DNA of 64,000 nucleotides. Origin: Lama glama. Its lineage: Eukaryota. The translations under genes were made by a program, and so were the position numbers. Location: contig CM052817.1 of the NCBI GenBank assembly GCA_028534125.1, forward strand, positions 53,198,001-53,262,000, written 5' to 3'. This document shows, piece after piece, positions 25,056-39,388 of the stretch (position 1 is its first letter; each line of letters starts with the position of its first letter). The notes under the pieces are model-generated. The model was not told the origin of the DNA. It made no database searches and saw only the letters and a program-made list of their open reading frames with translations.

Positions 25056-25340
25056 AAATGAATATATGCATGTTAATGTAAGAGTGAATAATTATGCTAT
25101 ACAGTAGAAATTGACACAACTGACTATATTTCAGTAAATATATATTTATATATATATACACACATACACACAGAAAAGAAAAAAATTTTTAAAAGAAAAA
25201 TAACTGGGCTAGTATCTCCAAGATTCTGTTACCACTACTGCTTATATTGTGATGTTACACATACATGCATACAGATGTATACATGTATAACTTAGTTCAA
25301 TTAAATCACCATTTTAACACTAAAAAATAAAATGAAATAA
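25056..25340 (+). mobile_element. Short L1 3' end plus about 120 bp non-L1 segment and a second A-tail (candidate 3' transduction)
   Basis: 25056-25140 matches the L1 end at 20805-20895; perfect TSD AATAATTAACCAA at 25043-25055 and 25341-25353. Confidence 0.8.
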
Positions 25341-27764
25341 AATAATTAACCAATATTTGGTTACCTATCACACAGAGGGCAACAATGCCAGATTACAATG
25401 TCCCTTCAGGAGAAGCAAGAAAGACATAGCTTCTTCCCCCATTCCTGTTGTAAAATGTCAATCCCAGGCCAGGGACAAAGGGAAAATCTGTATATGAGTT
25501 ATGAGATTAAACTTTAGATTGAACTGAATCTCTTCATACCTAAATTAGAGACGGGCTTTATACCCCAGGTTGGTTGTAAAAGCTCTGGAAACCTGCAGAG
25601 ATGTTATCCAGTAGTGATAAAGAGAAAAAGCCAACAGTTTGGCTCCAAAACAACTGGTGGAGGGAGAGGTGAGTGGTGGCTAAAGATACGGGTATTTAAT
25701 TTTCTTTGAGTTACACGGCAGCAATCATTCTGTTCAACCCTTGGTGACAGAATTAGACTACAGAGACATCAGTAGATCGATATTACAGGTCAACATAACA
25801 GACAAGATCAAGGTCAAGGGTGATCTTGTCCTACGGAGACCAGAAAGGGGCCAGTGCCTAGGAATAAATGAAAGAACTTTAAAATCTGAAGTTGGATAGT
25901 TGGAGTCTTATAAGCCATGATACAAATTTTGGATTTTAATCTACTTAGAGTTCATGGAAGTGTTCAAACTCCTGGATTTTCCTATGAAACTTACATTAAC
26001 CTTTTCTAACTCCAGCTCTGTAAAATACAGGGGTTTTTCCTCACTTTATAGACATAATAGAAGTTGATATTTTGGGGTACGGGGTGGAGTATCCCTAACA
26101 GAATTTAATAATCAGTAGCAGTTATTTTGTTATATTATTTGAAGCCACTCTTAAATTTTTATTTTCTCAAAGGAAAATCCTGGAATGTGTTTTTTTATTC
26201 GGCTCCTCTTAATCAAAATCTCATTATTCACATTGTTGTCTTTAAATTTCTCTGTATAGTGTTGCTGAATTTTTAAATATTTCAATGAAATTCTGTAGGT
26301 GTATTAAGCGGAATTAGAAGAGAATTCATCAGACACTAATAATTCATTGTAGGAAATATTCTCTTTTGTCTTTCAAAATTACCTCTTTGAGAAGGGAACT
26401 TATGTCTTTTATTTATTTTTATCCTTCTCAGGTAAGAACACAAGTTTACGGGATTATTGATAAGCCCTTTTGGTAGGTTTTATTGCAGTCAGACTTGTAG
26501 AGATACAAATCACACAATTAACATATACTTTAATGTCTATTATATCCCTCCATGCCAGAAACCTTGGAAAAGGATGTGTGACCAGATACTAAGATTCTTT
26601 CATTTGATTTAAGGAAACAATAACCTAACTAAAAGTTTGTAAGCAAATCATGTATGTGGCATGATTCACAAGTGAATTTGAACTTGAATTCGTCCTTTAA
26701 AATAGAATTAAGGTAGTCAGATAAGACAGGAAATAGTATTAAAATTACAAGAATGTAAGTTACTCATTATAAGCATTATACTATTTTTAATGAAATTAGG
26801 AGAACTTTGAAGAAGAAGGAATTATCTGTCAGGATAGGAAAGACGTAGCATTTATAAATTTGCTTTTAGCCAGAACAATGGTATTTTATAACCCTTTGCA
26901 GGTCAGTTGAGTTCTTGGTAGAAGTGGCATTTTAGTACAGTATTTCAGAAGGTTGTTGGTAATTTCTAAGAGAAACTTCAATAAAGTTTATCAAAGCAGT
27001 ACTTTAAGCCATTTTACATGAATTACATGCTTTAATTTACCTAGATTTGTTCATCGATCAATCTATCTATGCCAACTAATCAGAGATATTTTGATTTGTT
27101 TTTATCCACTTGACTGCAAATTTCCAAAAAGAATGCCCCTTTCTCTTGGTTATGAACAGAAAATAGTCTGCTTCCCTTATGCTGTAACATTTGACCTTGG
27201 ACAAAAGATTGTCCAGAACACAGATTTCTCCCTTTATCCTTTTTATTTCTTAATTTTTATTGTTTGTTCTTCATTATGCTATTCTTTCCCTTTTTTCCCC
27301 TTTACTTTCACACAACACTTAAAGTTTCTATTCCAATCTTATCTTAAACTTTTATTTTCTGCTTACCCAGTAGTTTTATTCAACTCTAAGTGCCAGACAG
27401 AAGAATTTCTATCCAGCGAGCTATTGATGACCTAAAGACTCAAGACTTGTGTCTATGATGGAAAATTTTAAGGCAATTCTTAGACGGAAAAGGAGATTAA
27501 AAAACAGAAACAATTTTATAATTTATGATTTATTACCTGTCTACTTCAAAAAACAATTGAAAAGCACTAATGTTATTGAAGTACAAGTTGAAATTCTGTA
27601 TTTGTGTTCCTTGGAACAAAGAATATTGCCTTTGGTAAATATTATACAAAAATAGTTCATTGTACAAAATGTGGAGAAGTTAGAAGTATTTATACTTAAG
27701 AAGTTCATTTTTGTGTTTGTCTATACTGAAACTTTTTCTTGTTGACCTTTGAAGATGCCAGAGT

Positions 27765-27998
27765 CAACTCTTGACTGGACTGCTTCCATTTGTATACTGA
27801 GTCCTCCACATATTAGCTGTGTGCTATTGGCCAAGATACTATTCCATGTGTCAACCTCTTTACCTTTAAAGGTTAACAGTATTAATCCAGGTCAAAGCAT
27901 TGTAGTGAAAATTACATGAATTAACACATTTAAGTGTCTTAGAAGAGTTGTCTGGTCCTTAATAATTATATAGTAAGTATCAGCTATCATTATCATTG
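27765..27998 (+). mobile_element. MIR SINE
   Basis: TTAGCTGTGTGCTATTGGCCAAG core, TTGTAGTGAAAATTACATGA, tail AGCTATCATTATCATT. Confidence 0.8.
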
Positions 27999-30900
27999 TG
28001 GTTACTTTTTAAACATATAAAAACAACTGTATTGTTTATATCATTTTTAAATGGCCTGCTTCTAGAAAACAAATTTATTGTATTCAAAAAATGTATAGCA
28101 TAATTAATTAACACTAATGCCAATGAAAATTAGATATCTAATCTAAAATTAGACAATCTAAGAAAACTAAGCTCAAAAATTTGTCCCAATTTCCCCCTCC
28201 ATTAAGTAAAAATAATTTTGGTTCACTATGACAAACCCACAGGTTTACTGGTTTTAGAAATTCTGGTTTAACTTGGAGTCTGTAGTGAGGGAAGTGTTAG
28301 TTGAAGAACAGAGGTTTATTTATTATTCTAAGACTCTAAGATCAAGAAAAAAGGAATAAATATTGTAAATTTTTGATGCATTTATTTTGAAGAATAAGTC
28401 TTCTGACTTTAAGATAAAGTTCTGTGCTCTGAAATTTATTTTTAATAACTTATTTTTCCAAGACAGTTTCAAAGAATCAAATTTTCATGAGACAGTAAAC
28501 TTCAAAAGTTTATTTCAGTACACACAGCAATTGTTTCTTAATGAATGAAATATATGCTCTTTTTATGAAGAAAATAAAAGATATAAAACCTCACTTTCAA
28601 GCCAAATCTAACATCTAACATTAAATAGTATGTTGTAAAGTTGTAAAGATCATACATATATACATACACATACCCATGCACATACATAAAATCTTTCTAA
28701 TTATATGTTATACATATATAATCTGTTCTTCGTTGTGTACCTTGATGTTAAATGTGTAAGTCACCAGAAAACCATGTAATACTCAACTTTTTAGGATATT
28801 ATCAATTTAATATTAGTCCAGGGAGTTTGAAGCGAATGAGAATTACTGAATACATACAGAGAATTAGACTTTCAAATATGACCTAGATCATTTTCTGATA
28901 TCAGATTTCAAAGCCAAGCTTAAGTTCATAGGTGATTTGCCAATTTCAACCATAATAAGCATATAAAATATCTAATAGTGGTTTGCCCTTGAAAGGAACT
29001 CTTTTCTCTTCAGTTTTATTGCTTGTGTTAAATTTTCCACTACCTATAAAATGCATTTTGATCAACTGAAACTTAAAAGATGTTAGAATAGGATCTCGCC
29101 TATTTCCCAGCACCAGAAGTTTTATCCATACAGAAGTGTGAATATATCAAAGTCATATGCATTAATATATTCAACAGCTCCATGTGTGCATATTTGATAC
29201 AGAATTACATGCATCTCTTTGATGTCTAACATGCCATTAGTGTTTTTGAGATGTGGGTTTAAAAGAAGAAAGAGTGCGTATCCAGCTGTTCATGCTAGGC
29301 ATCAGAGGTTGTCTTCTCTTAATAAGAGACACTAAAGCTTTACTGTCAATCAAATTTATCACATTATTTATAAATGATGACATTCCATATGATTTATATT
29401 TCATATAAATTGGAAATAAATTTATAGAAAGTGATATCCTAACCAAAATATCTATTTATTTGTAACTAAAAACATAGTGGAATAGTTGTGTTAATAAACT
29501 GAGATCTCCTTCCTAATTTCAAAGTGTCTGGGGAATTCAGTAAGCAACAGCAACATTGTTTTACTAGCATTTTGTCAGAATGAAAGAAGATGAAGAGTTT
29601 GTAGATTATTTCAGCTCCTGGGAATGAAACTTGCTTGTATGTAGACTGTCTCAAGTCATCTATTTCCATACTTCTAATCTCACTGGCAAAGAATGTTCTA
29701 TTCTCACTATATTCTCAAGATTTTCAAATGAATCTATTTTAAGTATCTACCCTCCTTCCCATGAAAGTTTGGACTCCAAGCACTTTATTAGATTAACTTT
29801 AATTAAATAAACATTTACTGAGCACAGTAGATGGCTTCTAATCCAAATCAATAGTTGGTTACTTTGTTTAAACCCCCCAAAGCTGGAAATCCTAAAAATA
29901 AAATTTTGTAGATGTAAACATTTTATATTCACTAATATTCATTCACTAAATTTTTACTGCAGAAACAAGGTATTTTCTTTAGGCTTGGGTCTACTGATTT
30001 TCATTTGTGTTGACTTTATTTCATCTACCACACCCATAATGCATTATCTTCTATTTTTAGGTGATATTTTCTTCCAAATGAAGGAAAAAAAAAATGCCAT
30101 AGCTCTATCAAAACTAATGCAAACTCTGACAAAGGTAGAATAAGAAGGTACTCAGGAACACATAAAAGGAGGCACTTAACTGTCACTGAAATCCTGAGTA
30201 AATTTTCACATAAGCAGACATTTTGAGCAGTAGCCTAAAAACAGACTTTTCAAGGAGATCAAAGATGGGAGAGCCATTTGAGTCAAATGGCACTGGATGC
30301 TGGAACACCTGGAGGTGATCAATAAATACCTCATTTTCAAACACTGGTAGAAAGGTAGCTAAGGTCTATGTTGTAAACATTTGGTATTATCTAGAGATAA
30401 GGGATTTGTTAGAGGACTTTAATCAGAAAGTTTTTATTTGTTTAATCGAAGTTGTAGTTTATAAGGAAGTATTCACGGAAATACAGAAATAAGAGAAAGG
30501 TCCTACTTTCAATTCTAAGATCTGACACTTTTTAGCTGAGTGATCTTGGACAAACTTCTTCAGTGTATCTTGGATGTTAGCAGAGATCTCACTGTTTCCT
30601 TAACCCCAGATCTTGGGCAAAACTATTCCAACATGATTACCTCAAGCTGCAATTCTACGGCAACCCACAGCCTGGAAGCTGACTCTTCCTTCCCAGACCA
30701 TTTCTTACCTCACTTGCTCAGGCAGGCACACGCATACTAACTATATGCTAGCATTCTCTGAAAAAAGCATGGCACCTGAGACCAGAGCATGCCTGGTCCT
30801 GGGATTAATATTTCTGCATCCTTTTTTCAATGTCTTAGCCTCTAAAGTCACACATGGCTCTATGGGGAGCTCAGGATGGTTATATTAATTTCACAAAGTG

Positions 30901-32194
30901 AAACAAAAGGAAACGGACACAGAAGACAGTTTGGTAAATTCCTTTAAGTTTCTTTACATATGCCATATAAGCGGACACCAAAAATATCAGCACCAACCAT
31001 ATATCCCATAGGTATGAAAAGACTATTTTCATAGTTCAAAAAAATGGCTTATAATTTTTGCCATACCATAGAATAGCATACAACTAGACAATATAGATTT
31101 ATTTCCTTTTTTTCTTACTTGCTTTTCCAAAATATCCAAACTAAGTTTATCTGTCTTTATTGATCCATCAGCCATTTATGTATCGTCTGTCAATCCCCTT
31201 CACTTATTTATCTGTTCCTCCCACTTTTCTCTGATTATTGCTCCCACCCAAGAAGGACACTAGCCTCTAGAAAAGTCCCTATGTTGCTTGAAGATGTCTC
31301 ACATGAGTTCATTAACGAGAACCTTCATGTTCAGTTACCATAAGGCAACCTACAATTTTTCCTCTTTGTTTACCGACAGACTTTTCCACAGGGCACTATA
31401 ATGTACTACAGATAACATGCTTGTATAACACAGGCACACTTCTGTTTTTCTGGCACTGTGGTTGTTTTTTTTTTCAACTGGGCCCTGGCACTTTCACTGG
31501 GATCACAGGCACTCTGAACTGTTGGAAACTTTCCGTAGCAGAGTGCCGCAGCCTAGGAAGCATTTAATATGTAGAAGGAATGAAAGATATGAAATGCTTC
31601 CTACAGAAGTCAATCAGTTATACTCTTATCATTGTGTTGCAATTTACCACATTAGTATCAAAACATTAAGTTTTTTGAGAAAAAGCTATTGTGCTGGGTA
31701 GGAAGAAAAACCCTAGTGAGACATCCAGAATGTGATATTCCCAATCACCCAACCTTCCAGTCACGGAATAGTACTGTTACTTGACCATGTGTGAATTCCT
31801 TAGGAGAATTTTCTCCAGGAGATTCTTATGTATCCTAATTAGCTCTGGCACATCTTTCCTATCAGGTCACCAGACATCGTCAGAACTGAAGCCAGATAGA
31901 ACTGACATCCCCAAGGGTCAGTCTAGAACTCCTTTCTAACGCTCAGGAGCTACGTGGTCTTCTCAGAATATTCTATTCCCCCACATGTTTATTCCTTGCC
32001 ACATCTCACGTGTGGCTCACTAGTAACTATTTCACAGGTTTTCATCTAATGTTGATGGACTAAACACACTTCTGCTGGGTGAACACTGAGCTATCCAGAG
32101 ATGAGGCAATACCTACCCAAAATGGTGTATGATTGTGTGCACACAAATACACTTGCGTGTGCTGGGAGAAAAGGCCAGGCACGGGCACATGAGC

Positions 32195-32268
32195 TTTCTA
32201 AAATATTTATTTGTGCTTATATTCTGAAGCATTTCTAAAATATTTATTTGTGCTTATATTCTGAAGCA
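32195..32268. repeat. Perfect 37-bp tandem duplication
   Basis: TTTCTAAAATATTTATTTGTGCTTATATTCTGAAGCA at 32195-32231 and 32232-32268. Confidence 0.97.
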
Positions 32269-34360
32269 GCTCTAAACTCCAAAATGAATGATCTTACTTT
32301 TCTAATCACTGTAGGAAAGAACATTTTCTAGTTTGAAAGATGAAATAAAACTATATTGCCCAGAGATAATAATTAAGCACATTTTGAAGAATTCTTATTT
32401 TCTCTCCCCACTCCAGACTTCTTCTTGATACAGCATACTAGAAAATTTGTAAACATGTGCTTTTACTTGGATGTTCCAAAATATTTAATATATGGGTGTT
32501 GACCTATGAAAATGCTAGTAATATCTGCACTTACACAGTGTAATATAGAACTACATTTCTTGTTATTTTTTGAATAAAAAATACTTTGAGAGAAAGCAAA
32601 GCTTCCTATGTATAAAATTAAAGAAGAGATGCAAAATGGTCAGATATAAATAAAACCCAATAAAGAAGTAGAATAAAGCAGGAAAAAATGGGGCTGTTCT
32701 TCTACATACATAAGCTTCTACTTAAATCCTCTTGGAAATTTGCTTGGCATTACTATCTAGACTCTCAGATTCAATATTAATAAGACAGATTTTTAAAATA
32801 TGGATTTAATATTACAGAATAAACAAAAATAATAAGATCCATACATGGAGGTATAGAAAATGAATAAATTAGGAAATATCAAATAATTTAAAAATGAGTG
32901 ATAGCAGGAAAATGAACAAATGATAAAATATAATACAATAACAATAAAAATGATAAGCTATGAAAACCAGTTGGATATTAGAAAGCTTTAAAAATGCTTT
33001 TAAAACAGAAAAGCCTACCTATCTACAAGAAAACATCCAAATCTGTACTTACAAATAAACACTGTAGAGCAGAATTAAACCTATGGTGGTAAAAAAGCCT
33101 GCACAAAGTTTTTCCACTATATAATATCTAACACAATATATTTATATTATTTGAAATATATATGAATACTCCATGCGATACAAATTGATAACATAATTCA
33201 TATTGTAACTATATATTTTAAACTTCAGTTATAAATAAATGAATAGAATCATATTTTCCTTGAGCTATTTTTATATTGTAAAGTAAAACATCTAGATTCA
33301 TTAATATAATCACAAGCAATTCTAGTCAAGAGTTCACAACAGAGGAAGTAAGAATAAAAGACTGCAAACAATTGCCTATAGTCATTAATCACTGACAAGC
33401 TTAAAGAACAAAAAATTATCTTGCCTCAAAATATACTTTATTTATCAGTATGCCCATCCAGTCCACAGCAGACAGGCTCAGCAGGGCCACTTTAATCCTC
33501 TATTTGAATGCAGATTTCTAGATGTCAGATTTAGAATATCTCAGGGATGCTAATTTTCTCTACTTAAATATCACCTTACATGCTGAAGTCCCCTTATGAT
33601 TTTGTGGTTCCTGGGAAAGGAAAAGTCTCCTTACTATAACTGAAAATAGTTTCTAAAATAAACATCACAAAGCTGAACTTCAGAATTCAGATTTGAAAAC
33701 TTATCAGTATTTATTATTTAAAAACATCTTTGAATAACAGATTCTCTTTATTTTACAAACAGGTTTTTCTAAATAGGCTAAATAATCAAACTAACACAAA
33801 CATTTTGTATTTTCCTTTGCAGCTGTCTTTAACAGCTTCCTTTGGTAGAATTTTTCTCTTCCCATAATTCCTCAAGATGATAATGCATGAACTTAAAGAA
33901 AAAGTCTAGTGCTATGTAATGATGCTATTTCTTTCATAAAACTGCTTGCATATATGCAACAGATCTGGTCTCAGTTAAAAAAATATAAGGTGAATAAACA
34001 TCCTTTTCTAAAATGTTCAGCAGAGAAAACAAAACGAACTTTAAAGGTTGTGAGCTGGCCACAAATCCCAAATCATGATTGTGAGAGTTGTCTTAGATTC
34101 GTCATTTAGATGTTAGTATCTCCCTTCTCTCTTCAGAACACCTGTCCACACTCTGTCCCTTGGTGATATCACACTCAACAAGGTATCAGTTGTTAATCAA
34201 CCAATAGAGTCACTTGTGATGAGCATTTAGGTGGATGAATACAGGTAGTAGCTAATAAAACCTTAATGTGTACTTTTCATAGATATTGTGCAAAACATTC
34301 AATGATATAAGATTTAATTCTGAAAGGTCTAACATGGATCAGAGTAAATATATTGGTACC

Positions 34361-34788
34361 TGCTATGGTGTGAATTGCATTCTCCAAAAAGATATGTTGA
34401 GACTAGCTCCCAGTGTATGTGAAGGTGATCATATTTGGAAACTGAGTCTTTGAGGATGTTATCAAGTTCAGATGAGGATCCCAATCTAATATGGCTGGTG
34501 CCCTTGTAAGAGGGGAGACACAGATACACAGAGAGAAGAATGCCAAGGGTAACAGAGTCAGAGGTTAAAGTGGTGCCTCTGGAAGTAAAGGAATGTTGAG
34601 GATTGCGAGCAACCAACAGAAGCTAAGAGACGGGCATGAAACAGATCCTCCCTCGAGTGACCAAGAAGGAACCAAGTTTGTCCAAATTTTGCTTTCGGAA
34701 TTCTAACCTCCAAAGCAATGAGAGAATAAATTTCTGTTGTCTTAAGCCACCCAGCTGTGGTCATTTATTATAGCAGTTTTAGGAAACT
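34361..34788 (+). mobile_element. MaLR solo LTR, MLT1C-like
   Basis: TGCTATGGTGTGAATTG...AAAAGATATGTTGA...GAGAGAATAAATTTCTGTTGTCTTAAGCCACCCAG...TAGGAAACT. Confidence 0.88.
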
Positions 34789-35254
34789 TTTTTAAGTGTC
34801 CTTTTTATTTGGTACCCTCAAAGAAAATCATTGGATGTCCACTGCTGCTCCACGGAAACCCCCTGAAAAAACAGTAAAGATACTTAAAGATACTCAAAGT
34901 TCAACAAATTGCTGGTCTTTTAAGTTAACAAGAGGGAATTGTGATCTCAAACTAAAAGGTCCTGAGAGAAGTGACATGTATATTTATTTCAATGTATCAC
35001 ATCATAAATCGTTATTTTGATGCTTATGCTCTCTACGTGACAATAAAAGCCAATACCGGTCTAGCATCTCTCTTACCACTTTTGTCTGTGATAGCTTGAT
35101 TAAAATAATTTTTAAACAAAAGGTATTCACAAGGAATAAAGGAATTCAAGGAAAGTCAGATTTTGGATTGGGGAGTTCAAAGATGAAATCGGGCACTGGA
35201 AAAAGGAACTGTCAGATATAAGCTCCCCAGGAGTTGGAAATCATATGTTTAGTT

Positions 35255-35345
35255 TTGATTATTCCACCAGATAGCTGCCTTCATGTCTGTTAAGTTTTCT
35301 GAACCTAGGTTTCCTCATCTGGAAAACGAAAAGTTTGACCAGACA
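35255..35345 (+). mobile_element. MIR core fragment
   Basis: TCTGAACCTAGGTTTCCTCATCTGGAAAA. Confidence 0.6.
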
Positions 35346-36924
35346 CACTGAGTATCTATGTCCTGCCTAAATCACTGGAGGTAACCAACCTGACAGTGAT
35401 ACAACCTTAACGTATCCACTTATTCAAACTTCTTTCAACTAAGAAGAACAGGAAACAATTTATCTTGACTTTAACACTGGAAAGACAGCTACTTGCGGCT
35501 AATTCTAAATAAAATAATATGAAAACTCTTACTGAAACAACATTAAAATTTTAATCTCACCCAATCAGCAAATCATTTCTCTCTCCTTTAAGCCTTAATT
35601 TCTATTTTCACCTAAAGGCCTTTTTTGTTTTTAACTATCTTTCTGATTTAACTTTTCATTATTTCCATTAGAGTTCTCTCTCTCTCACTTTTAACAGGGA
35701 CAAAATGATTCCACAGTTCTCTCTTTAGACTGAGGGTCTACTTTGAGTCTCTGGGACCCAGGATTTCCTTTTATACTCTCGATTATCCTCCTGAAACATG
35801 TCTTATCATCCACTAGTCTCCAATGTCACAAAACAAACTGACTCAGGCATTACTCCTTAAGATAACCTAACTCATTCAAGAATTACATCCACTTACAAGA
35901 ACTTTTGAGTTTCACAGTTTAACACCAACATCAGCGCATGGGCAAAGGAGTTAAAAAAAAAAAAAAAAACTTTCACTGAAGATCACACACAACTTCTTCA
36001 TGTATTTGTGGTTCAAAACTAGAATTAAAATTAAAATGGACAATTTATTTTACAAAGCCTAAGTGAACACTGAGATTAGCACTTCATTATGTTTCTAAAA
36101 ATTCTGGCAAGTATTATTATCTGCGAGGCAGGAATTACCTTCTGATTATTATGCAGACACGACGTTTGCTGAGCCCTTTCCTTTCTTTCCTTGTATATGT
36201 CCCTCTCAGAAGTTTTTCTAGGATTTCGAGTCTCTTTCCTCTGCTATCACTAATCAACCTGGCAAACTGAGCTTTAGTTCTCCTTGTGGAAAAAAAAATC
36301 CCATCTCTGTAGGACTGTGGGAGAGTTAAAGGTATAAGAGGTGCCTCTCCCCCTTACCAGCGTACCTCCTTAACCTCGACAAAATAACACACTCAGATTT
36401 CATGCAAAATACAAATGACTCAGAAAAAAAGTTCCAATGCCACAGAACAAAGGTGAAATTTCTAACTAACTTGAACATTTCACTAACATTTTTAAAGACA
36501 GTATTATCTGTGCATGCCTGCTCCCCCTGGGAATTTCCAATGCAAGTTTGCTTTGCTCCTAACTTTGTCCACCTGTCCTCAAGTTCAAGCCTTCTGCTCC
36601 ATCCCATAAACAAACTTCATTCCAAGTCACTGTCTGAGACTCTAAGCAGTTTCCTTTCCTAGAATAATATTATCGGTTCTCTTGGGAAGAGTTTGCTTCC
36701 TAACTCAAGTCTACGTCTTAGAGTCTTAAGTAGTATCCAGAGTTTTGGCCAATACATCAAAATTTGCTGCTGCTCTGTTTCATTCACATGGAGGAGATGG
36801 CTTCAGGCCCATAAGCAAAGATGAAGTATTGCAATTTCATTTATTTATTTTTAATATTTCCACCAGAAAGGCAGCATGACTTCCGATTCTTTTACTCATC
36901 CATTGAAAATGTTGGTTCCCCTCG

Positions 36925-37450
36925 TGCATCAAATAGGATGGTTTCACCATAAGTAACAAAGCTCATGACTTACAATGGTTTATGAAATAAGTATATTCTT
37001 CCATAACAGGAAGTCCCAAGGTAGGGCAAGTTTCAGATTTATTTGATTCAGTGGCTTCCTGATGCCACCAAAGACATAGATTATTTTTATTTCCTTGTAA
37101 TGTCATTCTCAGCTTTGTTTTATAGTCTGTGTAAAGCAATTCTAAGCATCATACATAGATTTGAATGCATCCCAGAAAAAAAGAGACCTGCTCTTCATGC
37201 AGCAAAATTTTTTCCCCAGATACCCTTAACAGAGTTTTCTCATGAATTACTGGCTAAATATGGGTCATATACCCATTTTCTAAACCAAATACAAATAAAG
37301 GGAATCAACTTCCCCTTAGAATGAGCAGGCCTCATCTGAGGTGAGCTGGGAAGGGATCAGCTTCCCCACAGGCACTAGCTGAGCAAAACTGAGGTTCTAA
37401 CGGGAGAAGAAAGAGAAGAGGAGTAGGTGCTAAGTGGACATAAATCATTG
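36925..37450 (-). mobile_element. Old MaLR LTR, MLT1K/L-like
   Basis: CATAACAGGAAGTCCCAAGGTAGGGCA, TGGGTCATATACCCATTTTCTAAACCAA, GATCAGCTTCCCC antisense motifs. Confidence 0.65.
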
Positions 37451-37498
37451 CTTTAAAGAAAACCTTTACTTTCTCTCTTAGAAATGACAGTGCTTTCT

Positions 37499-38072
37499 CC
37501 CTGCCCCCCTTCTTTTAAATAGAAGTATAGTCGGCTTACAATGTTGTGTTAGTTTCTGGTGCACAGCAGAGTGATTTTCAGTTATATATTATTATATATA
37601 TTATATATATAAAACATATTAAATATGAAAAGGATTATATACTTATATTGTATATATGTATATAATCCTTTTCATATATTCTTTTTCATTATAGGTATTG
37701 AATATAATTCCCTGTGCTATAGAGCATAAACTTGTTGGTTATTTTATACTAGTTAGTATCTGCAAATCCCAAACTCCAAATTTATCCCTCCATCTCCCCC
37801 TATCCCTCTGGTAACCAAACGTTTGTTTCCTACGTCCGTGAGTCTGTTTGTGTTTGTAAATAAGTTCGTTTGTCTCATTTTTGTTTTTATAAATTCCACA
37901 TGTAAGTGATATCATATGGTATTTTTCTTTCTCTTTCTGGCTTACTTCACTTAGTATGACAATCTCCAGGTCTATCCATGTTGCCGCAAATGATGTTATT
38001 TTTATCTTTTTATGGCCTAGTAGTATTCCATTGTATAAATGTACCACAACTTCTTTATCCAGTCATCTTGTC
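37499..38072 (-). mobile_element. 5'-truncated lineage-specific L1 3' end
   Basis: Reverse ORF has FAATWIDLEIVILSEVSQKEKEKYHMISLTCG; TSD GACAGTGCTTTCT (37486-37498) / GATAGTGCTTTCT (38073-38085). Confidence 0.93.
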
Positions 38073-39006
38073 GATAGTGCTTTCTAAATTCAATGCCAGC
38101 ATAAGGCACCGGCTTTTCTTGAAATTTTCAGCTTGGTAATTTCCAACAGAGTCAGGAAAATGGTTTCCTTAGCATATTAGGAACTTATCTCTTTGGTTCT
38201 ACATGCTCCTTAGAAATTAGCAGAGTTACTAAACAAATATCTTACTCTCTTATTTGGAAATAATAAAATTTTCCCAATCAGATAAACAGTCCTCCCCTTT
38301 ACTCAACTAAATCATTCTTACCTCATAGCATAAGGTCACTGTCTCACTTAAAATTTCTTAAATTAAACATGATTTTCTCAGTGCTGTGCAGGTTTGAAGT
38401 CCTCGCTTTGTCATTCAACTCTGCCAGCCATGCTTTCCATCTCCTTTGATTGGTGTGTTCAAAGACTAAACAGACTATCTGAGAAACCCATTCAGGATAC
38501 ACTTTTGTAGTGTTGTTTCAAGTCTACTGTATGGATTTAGAGTGGAAAGCCATTCTTGCATATCATCTCTGCAAAGATGATTTTGTGTCTGATTTTATCT
38601 AACCTTTATAAAAAATTAGCATTCTTAGACTGATCCTTGATAGTTGGTAGGCTTCTACCTATGTATTATTGGAGCCAAATTCTGAAACTGAATGTCTCTT
38701 TTTATCAATTCTAGGACTCTATTAATACTGTTGTTTTCCCTATCAGTGGCATTGCAGAAAACAATTAACAGAATCAACAAGCTTTTCATAGATTCTCTCT
38801 TAACCTAGCTGAAACGTGAGTAAGAGTTTGCCTTTACATTCACAGGAATGATACTAAGACCAGCAGACAGTATCTAGATAATTTTGGTTACTTATTGAAA
38901 TGCTAATGTCTAAAATTTGAATTTCACATCTTAGCATCTTCTCATGCCAATAGTTTACTTGGCATCTGCACTGGTTGTCTACTGTGCATCTCAAATGCAA
39001 ACTGTG

Positions 39007-39388
39007 TGTATTAGTCCTCCAGGACTGCCAAAGCAAAATACCAGAGACTGGGTAACTTTACAACAAAAATTTACTTTCTCACAGTTCTAGCAACGAAAGT
39101 CTAAGATCAAGGTGCTGTCAGAGGTTTGGTTTCTCCTAAGTCCTCTCTCTTTGGCTTGCATTGGGCTGCCCTCCTGCTACGTCTTCATGTGGTCTTTTCT
39201 CTGTGAGCCATCTTTCTCTCTGCATAAAAGGACAGCGGGTATGGACTAAGGCTCCCCCATAAAGGCTTCATTTTATCTTGAACTATCCCCTTTCAAGGCC
39301 ATTTGTTTAAATACTGTCATATTCTAAGGTACTAGGTGTTAGGACATCAACATACAAATTTGGCAGGGACACAATTCAGTCTGTAACA
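39007..39388 (-). mobile_element. MaLR solo LTR, MLT1B-like
   Basis: TGTATTAGTC...CAAAATACCAGAGACTGGGT...GGGACACAATTCAGTCTGTAACA; flanks CTGTG / CTGCA fit CpG decay of a CTGCG TSD. Confidence 0.88.

Noticed and set aside
26405..26437. Polypyrimidine tract plus CAG|GTAAGA, resembling a recursive splice site
   Set aside because: It lies in what looks like a decayed L2 3' end, and no host gene or transcript direction is established.
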